This document shows positions 19,718 to 30,800 of a stretch of 64,000 bases of DNA, one piece after another. Each line of letters begins with the position of its first letter. Within the stretch, counting starts at the first letter, position 1. The translations under genes and the position numbers were made by a program. This DNA is from Lachnospiraceae bacterium (GTDB lineage Bacteria > Bacillota > Clostridia > Lachnospirales > Lachnospiraceae). The notes under the pieces were generated by a model. It did no database searches and was not told the DNA's origin. It worked only from the letters and a program-made list of their open reading frames with translations. The stretch spans positions 2,128 to 66,127 of the forward strand of contig JAFXQR010000072.1 in assembly GCA_017526985.1 (NCBI GenBank). Reading direction: 5' to 3'.

Positions 19718-20698
19718 ATGGAAGATCTATATTCACAATTTCCTTATGATGATGCTTTTCGTACAATGGAGAGTGAATGTGATGACATTCTGCTCCATTA
19801 TGTGAATTTTTGTCACGGGACTGCCTATGATAAAAGCGCAAAGATCATCCGTAGGAGAAATGAACACTTTATTGAAAACGATGACCACACAGAAACCAAA
19901 CGCGTCACAGATTCTATGTTTGAGATTGTCGCCGGCGGAAAAAGTCGAAAATACCATCACGAATGCGAAAGCGGCAAGTACGACGGCACTGTATTGATAC
20001 GAATGTTTGAGTACGGTGCTCAGATAGCGTTGGATACGAACCGGATCATGAATGATGAGATCATTGTCGAGTTTCCAATTGGCTGTATCCTGATGCTGCG
20101 TAATGATGGGGATCCGCCGAAAGAGGCATTCATCACAATGCGAACCCCTGGCGGAGAAGTCAGTTATCCTATAAGAGTCATCCGAATGACCGACCTTGAT
20201 ATTGATTATCTGTTTGATAACCGGCTGTATTTTCTTATCCCATTCTTTATCTTTAACATAGAGAAACAGTTCTCGAGTCTGGAAACAGATGCCGGACAAT
20301 TAGCCGGATTTGGCAACTTTTATGCACAGGTCCTGGAACGGCTGGAGAAAGAAGAGCTGGAAGGACGGTTGTCGGCATTTTCAAAAAGTGTTATAATCAG
20401 TTTAACACATAAGGTTGCGTACAATTTAGCACGAAACAAGGAAAATATACAGGGAAAGGTGGATGAAGTTATGGGCGGACAGGTTATCGAATTAGATGTG
20501 ATCAAAGCTCATCGCGAAGGCAGATCCGAAGGTGAAAAGACTGAGCGCGAAAACGGCATCCGGGTTTTTATAGAGGACAAAATAGATGACGGAATTTCTA
20601 CAGATATCATTCAACAGAAGCTGGAGAAACGGTATCATCTCAGCCCGGAAGAAGCACTCGAATACATCAAAAAATACGCAAACATAAGAACAGCATGA
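19718..20698 (+). CDS. Rpn/YhgA-like (PD-(D/E)XK) recombination-promoting nuclease / putative transposase family protein
   Basis: Core pattern HHECESGKYDGTVLIRMFEYGAQIAL resembles the (L/I)E(F/H)QSxxDxxMxxRMxxY signature I recall for the YhgA family. Confidence 0.5.
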   Translation: MEDLYSQFPYDDAFRTMESECDDILLHYVNFCHGTAYDKSAKIIRRRNEHFIENDDHTETKRVTDSMFEIVAGGKSRKYHHECESGKYDGTVLIRMFEYGAQIALDTNRIMNDEIIVEFPIGCILMLRNDGDPPKEAFITMRTPGGEVSYPIRVIRMTDLDIDYLFDNRLYFLIPFFIFNIEKQFSSLETDAGQLAGFGNFYAQVLERLEKEELEGRLSAFSKSVIISLTHKVAYNLARNKENIQGKVDEVMGGQVIELDVIKAHREGRSEGEKTERENGIRVFIEDKIDDGISTDIIQQKLEKRYHLSPEEALEYIKKYANIRTA

Positions 20699-20921
20699 AT
20701 AATGGGGTAGCACACCAGATAATATTCCCGTTTCCTTCTATTTCTTCCGTTTCTTTGTTCTTCTTGAAAATATCAAATAATCCCATTGGATCTTCTCTCC
20801 CTCATTTATAATCATTATTATACTTACGGTGACAGGCACCGCTGCCTTGCCTTTCGCCATCGCGAGTATATCAAAATCGGAAACCTCTGTCAATTTAGAC
20901 AGGTATTTTGATAAATACCTT

Positions 20922-21215
20922 TTACTTACAGTACTTCGCGGAGAATTCATCCAGTACACTTTTTAATCCGCTGTCCAGCAAAAAGCGTCCTTTATCCAGG
21001 ATCTCTTTCGGAATCTCCCCGTAATATGCCTCTGCGATACCTCCGGCAATGGCTGCGATCGTATCACTGTCTCCACCCAATGAGATGGCTCTGCGGATAC
21101 AGGCCTCATATCCATCTGTCTCCAAGAACGCTTCGATCGCCGGCGGTACGGAATAATTGGATCTCGAATCAAAAACATATGTATCCCGAAGCTCTTCGAT
21201 CGGAATAAACTTCAT
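20922..21215 (-). pseudogene. C-terminal remnant (97 aa) of an ADP-ribosylglycohydrolase family gene
   Basis: SLGGDSDTIAAIAGGIAEAYYG is the C-terminal metal-binding signature. Full-length proteins are about 3x longer, and there is no room upstream because the next gene ends at 21274. Confidence 0.65.
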
Positions 21216-21273
21216 ACGAAAATCCTTTTCCAGCTGAAATTGTCACCGGAGAGCCAGCAAAAGTTCGTTGCCC

Positions 21274-21987
21274 CTAATTGCTTGATGAATAGAATTCTTC
21301 CCCGGTATCCAGACACAGTACTGCGATGCGGCCGCTCTTAAAGCATGAACCGCAGTCGATAGCGATATGATTGTTGGCGCGGTAGATGGATCCGGGATTG
21401 GGGTTACCCTCGATCAGTTGCGTGGGCGTATGGCCGGAGATCACGATCACATCATCAAAGTACTTTTCGTTAAAGTCCGCCCGGTCCCACACCAGCTCAT
21501 CAATGGTATAGTCATCCATATCCTTGTCCGGCGAGAAGTTTCCCAGACCGGCATGCACCAGCAGGTACGCTTGTCCACCCACTTCCAGCTCTTCGTAGAT
21601 CAGAAACTCGCCCAAATAGTCCAGCACATCCCGGCGCGCTTCCGCATCCAACTGATAAAATTCGTGCAGGGTAGTATCGTTTCCGTTCTGCTGCCATGTC
21701 CAGAAATGATCCAGTGTTTCCTCATCCAGCGACATGATGCTCTCTTCCGTGATCTCCTGCATCAAAAACTTCATACAATGCAGTGCCATTAGCTCGTGGT
21801 TGCCCAGGATCGGTATGACATTGGGCATCTCCATCAGCTTCTGCAGCACCTTGATAGGGTGCGGTCCGCGATCGATCACATCACCGATCAGGTACAGCGT
21901 ATCGTTGTCCTGAAAATCGATCTTTTCCAGCAGCTCCGTAAATTTATCATATTCGCCATGGATATCACCCATCACATAGGTTGCCAT
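21274..21987 (-). CDS. Metallophosphoesterase (PPP-family Ser/Thr phosphatase-like)
   Basis: Motifs GDIHGE, GDVIDRG, GNHE; AAGGAG RBS before the ATG at 21987. Confidence 0.85.
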   Translation of the reverse strand: MATYVMGDIHGEYDKFTELLEKIDFQDNDTLYLIGDVIDRGPHPIKVLQKLMEMPNVIPILGNHELMALHCMKFLMQEITEESIMSLDEETLDHFWTWQQNGNDTTLHEFYQLDAEARRDVLDYLGEFLIYEELEVGGQAYLLVHAGLGNFSPDKDMDDYTIDELVWDRADFNEKYFDDVIVISGHTPTQLIEGNPNPGSIYRANNHIAIDCGSCFKSGRIAVLCLDTGEEFYSSSN

Positions 21988-22008
21988 TGTTGTCTCCTTG
22001 CAAATCAA

Positions 22009-23070
22009 TCATTTGATCACTCCGCCGCCCATGACGCAGTGGTCTTCATCATAGAATACCGCGGACTGTCCCGGGGTGACGGCGCGTACCGGCGCATCGA
22101 AACGGATCTGCACCGTATCTTCGTCCAGCATTTCCAGCTCTGCGCTCTGTGGCGTGTGATGGTAGCGGATCTTCGCCAGGCAGCGGATCTTCTCTCCCAC
22201 CGCCAGCGGTGCGATGCTCATAAAGTTGACCTCGCCGCACACCACGGTATCACTGTACAGCGAACTGTCCGGTGCCAGCACCACTTCATTGGTCTCCGTC
22301 CGGATCTCCTTCACATAGGCAGGCTCGCCGAGCGCGATGCCCAGCCCCTTTCGCTGCCCCACGGTATAGTGGATGATGCCCTTATGCCGGCCCAGCACCT
22401 TGCCCTCTTCGTCCACAAAGTTGCCTTCCGGCGGCAGATCACATTCCGCATTTTCTTCGATATAATCCGCATAGTTTCCTTCCGGCACGAAGCAGATCTC
22501 CTGGCTGTCCGGCTTCTGCGCTACGGAGATCCCTGCCTGTACCGCGATGGCCCGCACCTGTTCCTTCGTCAGTTTCCCCAGCGGCATCAGCGTGTGCGCC
22601 AGCTGTTCCTGGGATAGTTTATACAACATATAGGTCTGATCTTTTGCGATATGGTCCGCCTGCTTTACGGTATATCTGCCGTTATCCAATTGTACCACCG
22701 ATGCGTAATGCCCCGTGGCGATATACTCCGCCTGCATGGACTTGGCAAAATCCAGCATACGGTCCCACTTGATATAACGGTTACATCCGATACATGGATT
22801 GGGGGTCAGGCCGTGGATATACGCCTGTACAAAGGGATCGATCACGCATCTCTGAAACTCCGAAATGCAGTTGACCGCATAATAAGGGATGCCGATCTGG
22901 TCTGCCACCAGTCTGGCATCATCGATCTCGCAGCAGCGGCTTTCTTTTCCGTCCGCTGCCACCCATGTCTTTAATGTCACGCCGATCACTACATAACCGG
23001 CTGCCTTCAACAGATATGCACACACAGCACTGTCCACACCACCGGACATGCCCACGATCACTTTCGCCAT
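22009..23070 (-). CDS. mnmA: tRNA 2-thiouridine(34) synthase
   Basis: PP-loop VGMSGGVDSAV and MnmA-like sequence over the full length. Confidence 0.9.
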   Translation of the reverse strand: MAKVIVGMSGGVDSAVCAYLLKAAGYVVIGVTLKTWVAADGKESRCCEIDDARLVADQIGIPYYAVNCISEFQRCVIDPFVQAYIHGLTPNPCIGCNRYIKWDRMLDFAKSMQAEYIATGHYASVVQLDNGRYTVKQADHIAKDQTYMLYKLSQEQLAHTLMPLGKLTKEQVRAIAVQAGISVAQKPDSQEICFVPEGNYADYIEENAECDLPPEGNFVDEEGKVLGRHKGIIHYTVGQRKGLGIALGEPAYVKEIRTETNEVVLAPDSSLYSDTVVCGEVNFMSIAPLAVGEKIRCLAKIRYHHTPQSAELEMLDEDTVQIRFDAPVRAVTPGQSAVFYDEDHCVMGGGVIK

Positions 23071-23268
23071 TTGACTGCTCCCATCAATCCTCCCGGGTAC
23101 TTTAGGAAATATTATAGCACACTACTCTCCTTCAAACAAATGGCTGATCTTATAGCCGGCAAATCCTTTTACCATATTTGCATTCACTCCGGCCAGCGGA
23201 TATTCTCCGATCATCCAGAGATACAATAAAGGAATCCCCGATAATTGTCAATGAACTAATAGGCGAAT

Positions 23269-23325
23269 AAGCCACGGGGACGGTTCTCTGGCTGGTTTTG
23301 AGCCGGAGAACCGTCTCAATGGCTT
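23269..23325. repeat. Hairpin-repeat family 1, complete element (AAGCCACGGGGACGGTTCTCTGGCT / AGCCGGAGAACCGTCTCAATGGCTT)
   Basis: Imperfect 25-nt inverted arms separated by GGTTTTG. Confidence 0.7.
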
Positions 23326-23406
23326 GTCAGCACTTGCAGAAAAACAATATCTGCGCTATAGTATTGTTCGGTTTAAAAATACTATGATATATTTTAGGGA
23401 GAAACT

Positions 23407-24351
23407 ATGAAAAAGAAAACTGTAGCATGTATACTGGGTAGCGCTATGATGCTGGCGTCTTTGACCGCTTGTACCGGTGACAATGGTGAGACACCCGTCC
23501 TGGAAGCATCTGTAGCAGACACAGAAGCGATGGCACCGACAGAAGCAGAAACGGTTGAGCCGGAAACAGCTGAACCGACAGAAGCAGTGGAAACGCAGGA
23601 AACAAACGAGACAGAACCGACAGAAACAGAGAGCGAAGACGATAGCGAAACCTCTCCGTTAATGTTGTGGGAGTATGAAGGCTATGTCGATGAGTGCAAA
23701 GAGTACACCTGGTGGGACGAATTCGCAGGCTGCGACTATGACGGGGATGGGGCGACCGATCGCGTATACCGCAGCTATACTGCAGATTCGGATCTGGCCA
23801 CTTACCGGATTGAATTTGGCAACGGCCGCACTCTGGAAGTACCGGAGGGATGGAACACCGGATTCCCGCATGTACAGGCTGGTGATCTGAACAATAACGG
23901 CGAAGTAGAAGTGTTATTCACACTGACTTATGATACCAGTACCGATCCGTTGGAATTTGGAGATATGTGGCTCTTTTTCTGGGATGGCGAGTTTGAAGAA
24001 TACAAAGAAGAACCCCTTCCGCTGGCAACCGGAGAGAATGGAGCGAGATGCCTGACCATCGCATATAAGAAGACGGCAGAAGATACACTTTCCGTACAGG
24101 TTGCGCAGAACGGATTCTCCTGTGACGTGGTTGCGGAAAAGGACCAGATCAACAACTGGTATTATGAAGATACCGACGCGGAAGATATTCTGGTCTACTA
24201 CGCAGATCTGGATAAGGACTGTATCCACTGCTATACGCAGATGTTCTCCAAATCCGGCCAGTGTCTTACCTTTGATCTGGTTTCGAAGGATTACAAATTT
24301 GAGATTGAAAATATGGAATATACGGACGAACCTTTCTACTGGTGGGAATAA
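23407..24351 (+). CDS. Lipoprotein with acidic T/E/P-rich linker and FG-GAP/VCBS-like calcium-binding-type motifs
   Basis: Signal peptide with lipobox LTAC; DYDGDGATD and GDLNNNGEVE motifs. Confidence 0.65.
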   Translation: MKKKTVACILGSAMMLASLTACTGDNGETPVLEASVADTEAMAPTEAETVEPETAEPTEAVETQETNETEPTETESEDDSETSPLMLWEYEGYVDECKEYTWWDEFAGCDYDGDGATDRVYRSYTADSDLATYRIEFGNGRTLEVPEGWNTGFPHVQAGDLNNNGEVEVLFTLTYDTSTDPLEFGDMWLFFWDGEFEEYKEEPLPLATGENGARCLTIAYKKTAEDTLSVQVAQNGFSCDVVAEKDQINNWYYEDTDAEDILVYYADLDKDCIHCYTQMFSKSGQCLTFDLVSKDYKFEIENMEYTDEPFYWWE

Positions 24352-24365
24352 ACTGATATAGAACA

Positions 24366-24399
24366 AAAACGGCAGCCCATAACGGACTGCCGTTTTTTG
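24366..24399 (+). terminator. Rho-independent terminator after the lipoprotein gene
   Basis: Stem ACGGCAG/CTGCCGT followed by TTTTTTG. Confidence 0.75.
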
Positions 24400-24411
24400 T
24401 ATTCATACTAA

Positions 24412-24444
24412 CAAAAAACCGCCGCTTTTACAACGGCGGTTTTC
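24412..24444 (-). terminator. Rho-independent terminator after the metY-like gene
   Basis: Stem ACCGCCG/CGGCGGT followed by TTTTTTG on the minus strand. Confidence 0.75.
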
Positions 24445-24464
24445 CATAAAATATCGTTCTGTTT

Positions 24465-25751
24465 TTAGTTCAATGCATCCAGTGCCTGAGACAGATCAGC
24501 GATCAGATCAGCCTTATCTTCCAAACCGCAGGACATACGCACCAGACCAGCCGGAATACCTGCAGCCTCAAGCTGCTCATCGGTCATCTGACGATGGGTG
24601 GAGGTTGCCGGATTCAGGCAGCAGGTACGCGCGTCTGCAACATGCGTTTCGATCGCTGCCAGCTTCAGATGTTTCATAAAGGTTTCCGCTGCCTTTCTGC
24701 CACCCTTCAATTCAAAGGAAACCACACCACAGCCGCCGTTCGGCAAGTATTTCTGTCCCAGTTCATAGTAACGGTCACTCTTTAAGCCGGAGTAATTTAC
24801 TTTGGCAACCTGCGGATGTTTCTCCAAAAACTCGGCAACTGCCTGGCCATTCTCCACATGCTTCGGCATACGAACATGCAGGGATTCCAGACCGAGATTT
24901 AAGTAGAATGCATGCTGCGGAGACTGGATGCAGCCAAAATCACGCATCAACTGTGCGGTACATTTCGTGATGAAGGCGCCTTCCTTGCCGAACTTTTCAG
25001 CGTAGGTAATGCCATGATAGGAATCGTCCGGTGTGCAAAGTCCCGGGAATTTGTCTGCATGAGCCATCCAGTCAAACTTGCCGGAATCAACGATACAGCC
25101 ACCAATAGCAGCACCATGGCCATCCATGTATTTGGTGGTAGAATGTGTCACGATATCAGCACCCCACTCGATCGGACGGCAGTTCACCGGTGTCGGGAAA
25201 GTATTGTCCACGATCAGAGGCACACCATGTCTGTGTGCTGCCTTTGCAAATCTTTCGATGTCCAATACGGTCAGTGCCGGGTTGGCGATGGTCTCACCAA
25301 ACATTGCGCGGGTATTGTCTTTGAATGCAGCATCCAGTTCTTCATCCGTGCTGTCCGGAGATACAAAGGTCACATCGATGCCCATCTTTGCCATGGTCAC
25401 GCTGATCAGGTTGAATGTTCCGCCGTAGATGGAAGAGGAAGCTACGATATGGCTGCCGTTTTCACAGATATTAAACAGTGCAAAGAAATTTGCTGCCTGT
25501 CCGGAAGAAGTCAGCATTGCTGCACTGCCGCCCTCCAAAGCCGCGATCTTTGCTGCTACATAATCGTTTGTCGGGTTCTGCAGACGGGTATAGAAGTATC
25601 CGGATGCCTCCAGATCAAACAGTTTGCCCATATCTTCGCTGGTATCATATTTGAATGTAGTAGACTGCACGATAGGGATCTGTCGCGGTTCCCCGTTCTT
25701 TGGTGTGTAGCCTGCCTGCACACATTTGGTTCCGATCTTTTGTTCGCTCAT
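24465..25751 (-). CDS. metY: O-acetylhomoserine aminocarboxypropyltransferase / sulfhydrylase (PLP-dependent Cys/Met metabolism family)
   Basis: PLP-lysine region HSTTKYMDGHG; length and sequence typical of MetY/CysD. Confidence 0.85.
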   Translation of the reverse strand: MSEQKIGTKCVQAGYTPKNGEPRQIPIVQSTTFKYDTSEDMGKLFDLEASGYFYTRLQNPTNDYVAAKIAALEGGSAAMLTSSGQAANFFALFNICENGSHIVASSSIYGGTFNLISVTMAKMGIDVTFVSPDSTDEELDAAFKDNTRAMFGETIANPALTVLDIERFAKAAHRHGVPLIVDNTFPTPVNCRPIEWGADIVTHSTTKYMDGHGAAIGGCIVDSGKFDWMAHADKFPGLCTPDDSYHGITYAEKFGKEGAFITKCTAQLMRDFGCIQSPQHAFYLNLGLESLHVRMPKHVENGQAVAEFLEKHPQVAKVNYSGLKSDRYYELGQKYLPNGGCGVVSFELKGGRKAAETFMKHLKLAAIETHVADARTCCLNPATSTHRQMTDEQLEAAGIPAGLVRMSCGLEDKADLIADLSQALDALN

Positions 25752-25844
25752 AGTTATTCCTCCTCAAAAAGCATACAATAATAGTATATATTTTAAGACT
25801 TTTACATAGAAATGGCAAGAGGCGTATTGAGAGCCTTTTACCTC

Positions 25845-25885
25845 AAAATGTCAGAAACCCGCTGTTCACCGGATGTGACAGCGGG
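25845..25885 (-). terminator. Rho-independent terminator after eda
   Basis: Stem CCCGCTGT/ACAGCGGG followed by TTTCTGACATTTTG on the minus strand. Confidence 0.65.
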
Positions 25886-25926
25886 CCTCTATGGGGGAAG
25901 TTGCATTAACAACGATAACGGCTTAT

Positions 25927-26577
25927 TTATTTACGATTTGCTTTTACGATCTCTGCAGCTTCTGCTACCTTTGCTTCGATCTCGGCAAACTGTCCGGCTT
26001 TGATCATATCGCCTTTGACCATCCAGGATCCGCCGCAGCAGAAGATCTTGTCATTCTTCAGATAATCTACTACATTGGTGGCATTGATACCGCCGGTCGG
26101 CATAAATCTCAATGCAGTCAGTGCAGCGCCGATCGCCTTGATCATTGCCAGTCCGCCTGCATTTTCTGCCGGGAAAAACTTCACATGGGTCAGACCCAGC
26201 TTGATGGCTTTCATCATCTCACTTGCGGTCTGGGTACCCGGGCATACCGGGATATCCTTCTCCAGACAATACTTTACGATCTCTTCATCCAGACCCGGTG
26301 CTACGATAAACTTTGCACCTGCTGCCACGGCACGATCCACCTGATCGATGGTCAGCACCGTACCTGCGCCTACCAGCATATCCGGAAATTTCTCTGCCAT
26401 AATGCGGATGGATTCCTCAGCTGCTGCCGTACGGAAGGTTACCTCCGCTGCCGGCAGACCGCCCTTCATCAGGGCATTGCCCAGAGGCTCCGCATCCTTT
26501 GCATCATTCAAAACGACAACGGGAATGATCCCGACTTCTTCAAATTTCTGAAAAACTGCATCTGTCTTTGCGCTCAT
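25927..26577 (-). CDS. eda: KDPG / 4-hydroxy-2-oxoglutarate aldolase
   Basis: Eda-like sequence (IIPVVVL..., GAGTVL, KFFPA). Confidence 0.85.
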   Translation of the reverse strand: MSAKTDAVFQKFEEVGIIPVVVLNDAKDAEPLGNALMKGGLPAAEVTFRTAAAEESIRIMAEKFPDMLVGAGTVLTIDQVDRAVAAGAKFIVAPGLDEEIVKYCLEKDIPVCPGTQTASEMMKAIKLGLTHVKFFPAENAGGLAMIKAIGAALTALRFMPTGGINATNVVDYLKNDKIFCCGGSWMVKGDMIKAGQFAEIEAKVAEAAEIVKANRK

Positions 26578-26589
26578 ACTATTTCTCCT

Positions 26590-27693
26590 TTACCGTTTTA
26601 CTCTTGCGCCTGCGCCACCCATAATGCCTTCTACTTCTTCCTTGCTGGCCATGGAGGTGTCGCCCGGAGTGGTCATTGCCAGTGCGCCATGTGCTGCACC
26701 GTAGTTGACAGCCTTCTCTGCATCGCCGGTGGTCATCAAGCCATATACCAAACCGGATGCGAAGGAGTCGCCGCCGCCCACACGGTCCATGATCTCCAGA
26801 CCGTTGTATTCCTTGCTCATAAAGATCTCGCCGTCTGCCCAGCAGATTGCCTTCCAGTCATTAACGGTAGCGGTACGAACGGTACGCAGTGTGGTTGCTA
26901 CTGCCTTGAAGTTCGGGTAAGCCTTTGCTGCTTCACCGATCATCTTCTTGTAGCCGTCCAGATTCAGTTCCTTTAAGTTTGCATCATTACCTTCGATCTG
27001 GAAACCAAGGCAGGCCGTAAAGTCTTCCTCGTTACCGATCATAACATCCACATATTTTGCTACTTCTTTGTTTACTTCCTGTGCCTTTGCCTGACCGCCG
27101 ATGGCACTCCACATGGAAGGACGATAGTTCAGGTCATAGCTGATCACGGTACCGTATTTCTTTGCGGTCTTGCAAGCCTCGATGACGGTCTCGCAAGCCT
27201 GCTCGGACAGTGCTGCGTAGATACCGCCGGTGTGCAGCCAGCGTACGCCCAGCTCACCGAAGATATAGTCAAAGTCAAAATCCTTTGGAGTGGCCTGGCT
27301 GATCGCGGTGTTTGCGCGGTCGGAGCAGCCCACTGCACCACGGATACCGAAACCTCTCTCAGTGAAGTTCAGACCGTTACGGCAGATACGACCGATACCG
27401 TCGGTCTTCTTCCAATAGATCAGGGAAGTGTCCACACCGCCCTGCTCGATCAGATCCTTCATCAATTTACCTACTTCATTATCAGCAAATGCAGTGATCA
27501 CTGCGGTATTCAGCCCGAAGCATTTGTGCAGGCCGCGGATCACGTTGTACTCGCCGCCGCCTTCCCAAGCGGTGAAATGACGAGCCGTACGGATACGTCC
27601 CTCACCCGGATCCAGGCGCAGCATGATCTCGCCCAGTGATACAGCATCAAATTTGCAGTCTTCTTTCTTTCTCAGATTCAGATCCATATTCAA
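26590..27693 (-). CDS. PfkB-family sugar kinase, 2-dehydro-3-deoxygluconokinase-like
   Basis: PfkB motifs (GGGEYNV, VGGGDSFASG); sits directly upstream of eda. Confidence 0.75.
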   Translation of the reverse strand: MNMDLNLRKKEDCKFDAVSLGEIMLRLDPGEGRIRTARHFTAWEGGGEYNVIRGLHKCFGLNTAVITAFADNEVGKLMKDLIEQGGVDTSLIYWKKTDGIGRICRNGLNFTERGFGIRGAVGCSDRANTAISQATPKDFDFDYIFGELGVRWLHTGGIYAALSEQACETVIEACKTAKKYGTVISYDLNYRPSMWSAIGGQAKAQEVNKEVAKYVDVMIGNEEDFTACLGFQIEGNDANLKELNLDGYKKMIGEAAKAYPNFKAVATTLRTVRTATVNDWKAICWADGEIFMSKEYNGLEIMDRVGGGDSFASGLVYGLMTTGDAEKAVNYGAAHGALAMTTPGDTSMASKEEVEGIMGGAGARVKR

Positions 27694-27825
27694 CTTTCCC
27701 CTTTCGTGTCGGAAACACCCTGCCTGCGCTTTCTTAATTCTCTTGTTTGTAAGCGCTTACATTACTATCTTGTATTATAAACCAGTTTCAGACTTTGTCA
27801 AGCATTAAATCAAAATATGTAATCA

Positions 27826-27859
27826 AAAAATTCAAAAAACCCCCGGAAAGTTCCGGGGG
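27826..27859 (-). terminator. Rho-independent terminator after the giant coiled-coil gene
   Basis: Stem CCCCCGG/CCGGGGG followed by TTTTTTGAATTTTTTG on the minus strand. Confidence 0.75.
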
Positions 27860-27875
27860 CATACTGCTGAAAGAT

Positions 27876-30800
27876 TTACTTCCTGGATACGATCTGGCTG
27901 TTCAGATCCGGCAGCTTCTCTTCTTTTTTTACATTTTGAGCACTCTGGGCACTCGGCTGACGGTTGCGTCTCTTTTCGTCCGGACGCTTTATGCTTTCTT
28001 TTTCCATCAGTGTGTTCAGATCCAGCTGCTTGCTCTTTCTTCTGACATTGTTGGCCTGCTGCTCAAAGATCTTTGCCGTTTCCGGATCGATGATATTGAG
28101 TGCCGCCAGTACATTTTCCTTACGGACATTACCGTTTCTATGCCATGCCGTATCCATACCTACATGATTTAAGTATCCGGTCAGGGCATCCTTCAGATCC
28201 TTGGTGTTTTCCTTGGAGAAATCAATGTTCTTATCCGTATCCCCTGTAAATTTCTGAAGCTGGTCGATCACTTTGCCGTATTCCGTCGTATTATCATGTC
28301 CGGTATAACCGTTCTTGGTATCCGTCAGGTTGTCCAGCAGATCCTGCAGCTGCTCCATCTTCGGATCGTTCTTTTCGTGCAATGTACGCAGCCGGTCCGC
28401 TTCTCTCTCCCTTTCTTCCGCAAGCCTTCTCTCATTTGCCTCACGCTGTGCGTTTTCTTCTTCCCGGCGTCTCCGTTCTTCCTGCTGCTGCTTCAGGGCT
28501 TCCTGCTGACGCGCATTCTCTTCCTGCTGTGCTTTGAGTGCATCGGCCTTCTTTTGCTTTTCGGCAGCGATCAGATCATCCAGCTTCTTCTGGGCATCCT
28601 CCACCTTTTTGTCCACATCTTCCTGCTCTTTTTCCTTCTTGCGCAGATCCTCCTCGGCGGCCTTCATCTTTTCTTCGGTCTCTTTCATAGCGCCTTCGGT
28701 ATACTGGATGGATTCCTGCTGGTTCGTGACAATGTCCGATTCGCTCTTGGCTGCCACTTCAATAAAAGCTTTATCGAGTGCTTTTTCCGGCTCTTTCTTA
28801 AAGATTTCTTTAAATTCATTGTATTCCCAGTCCGCGTTGATCTTGATACCGCGCTGTGTGGTCAGATCGTTCTCATACTCTTCTGCGATGTCCTTGATCT
28901 TGGTAGAGAGCGTATCCGTGACTTCCCGCATACTCTGCGTGATCGCGATGATATTGTCAACGATACCCGGCTCGTCTTCCTTCGGCTCACCTTCGCCCAT
29001 CATACCCTTACGGACATCGGCAGCCTTCTTTTTCATATCCGAGATCTTTTCTGCGATACCCTTTTCTTCCTCATCCTCGTTCTGATCCCCGGAACCGCCT
29101 TTTCCGTTGATAAAGCCTTTGACACTTCCGTACAGCTTGTATATGGTCTCCGCTGCAGATACTACAGTCTCTACGCGCCCCATATTCTTCGGCGTAAACA
29201 GACCTTTGAGGGCATTGCTGTATTTTTCGATATCCTTTGCATCGTTTTCAAGTTCTTTTTCTGCAGCTTTCAGCTTGACCTGCTCTTTGATCACCTGCCT
29301 CTGTGCCGCATCCACCTCGGTATAGGCCGGAGAGGTGAGCAGATCCACGATGTCCTTTCCATTTTCCAGATCTTCCGCAATCTGCTTGGTAGCCTGATGT
29401 GCGGCTGCTTCATTGACACCGGTCTTGATATCGATCTTTTTGGCTTCCGCCTCAAAATCGATATGATAGGAATCCTTCAGTTTCTGATGCAGTTCCTCCA
29501 GTTGCTTCTTTTCTTCTACACGCGCGCCTGCCAGATCCTCCTGCATCTTCTCGATCTCTTTACCGATCTCGTCACGTTCTTTATGAATGTCCTTGGCGCG
29601 TCTTTCATCATCCGCCGCATCGGCCAGCAGCGGCTGATAGAGCGGACTGTTCTTGCCACGCATCTGCGCCTCTTTGACATGCTGCAGCTGTGTCCGGCCT
29701 TTTGCCAGCGCGGTCTCTCCTTTCAGACGGTAAGCATCTTCCTTTTCGGACAGCTCATCTTCCATCTGCTTTACCTTGCCCTTTACGACCGATTCGGATA
29801 CGGTAAGCGTCAGCTTATCCATAAATCCCTTGGAAAAATCTGCGGCGGAATCAGCAATACCAACGAAGAAACTCTTCACAGCAGCTTTGCGGATCGCACT
29901 TCCGGCTGCATCGGCCGCCTCCTTTTTTTGTTTCAGGAAGTCTTCATTCTTTTGTTTTTGCGTCTTCTTATCGTCGTCCTGAAGTTTTTTCGCTTCATCC
30001 ATTTTTGCCATCAGATTATCCTGGTGCAACTTCAGCTGGCTTTTCTTAAGATCCAGGATCTCCTGGTTCATCTGATGCGATCCCCGTCGGATCTCGTACT
30101 CTTTCCTTGCGGCATTTGTGACATCCTTCATTTCATCGGAACGAGCCTTGGCCGCATTCAATTCCTCACGGGCAGCCTGAATCTCCGGTGTATCCTCGAT
30201 CTCGGCTTCCTGTTTTGCTTTTTCCTGTAATTCTTTCTCTTCCTTTTCCAGTTGTTTCTTGCGCTCTGCCTCTTCAAATTCCAGCAGTTTGCCCATATCC
30301 TCCAGCACCTTATCGCGTGAGGCTTTTGTGTTTTCCACACGGTTGGTCTGCATGTCAATGGCACGCTGGTTCGCATCCAGATCCGCGTGGATCATAGTCT
30401 TGTGCAGATTCTGCTGCTCGGTCAATTCCTTCTGCGCACGCTCTACGATGGATTCCTCCGCATTCAGCTCTGCCTGCTTGAGGAAGTTCTTTTCCGTTTC
30501 TTCTCTGGCCTGTGCTTCTTCGAGGGAATGCTGCATGCTCACGGTCATATCATTCAGCTTCTGGGAAACGATCTGTACGATCTGTCCGGCTTCCTGTGCC
30601 AGCTCTGTGATGTTCCCGATAATGGTCTCTTTGTCTTCCGCGCCTTCCCCTTTTCCGGAGATCGCATTATTGATGGCTTCCGCTTTATCCCGCAGATCCT
30701 GGATCGTGTCCTTGATATTCAGTTCAAAGTTATCTTCATCTTCTTCGGCATCCGCTTCATCCCCGTCCTTTTTGTCCTCTTCCTTTTCGTCCTTTTTGTC

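Noticed and set aside
25752-25926. SAM riboswitch or T-box leader upstream of the metY-like gene
   Set aside because: Only about 95 nt remain between the eda terminator (25845-25885) and the metY start. I could not find the S-box or T-box conserved helices or the specifier/T-box sequence.
28296-30230. 644-aa plus-strand ORF (and many shorter ones between 28.3 and 32.6 kb)
   Set aside because: It is antisense to the giant K/E-rich gene. The L/F/S-rich low-complexity translation is just the complement of GAA/AAG codons, and there are no translation signals.
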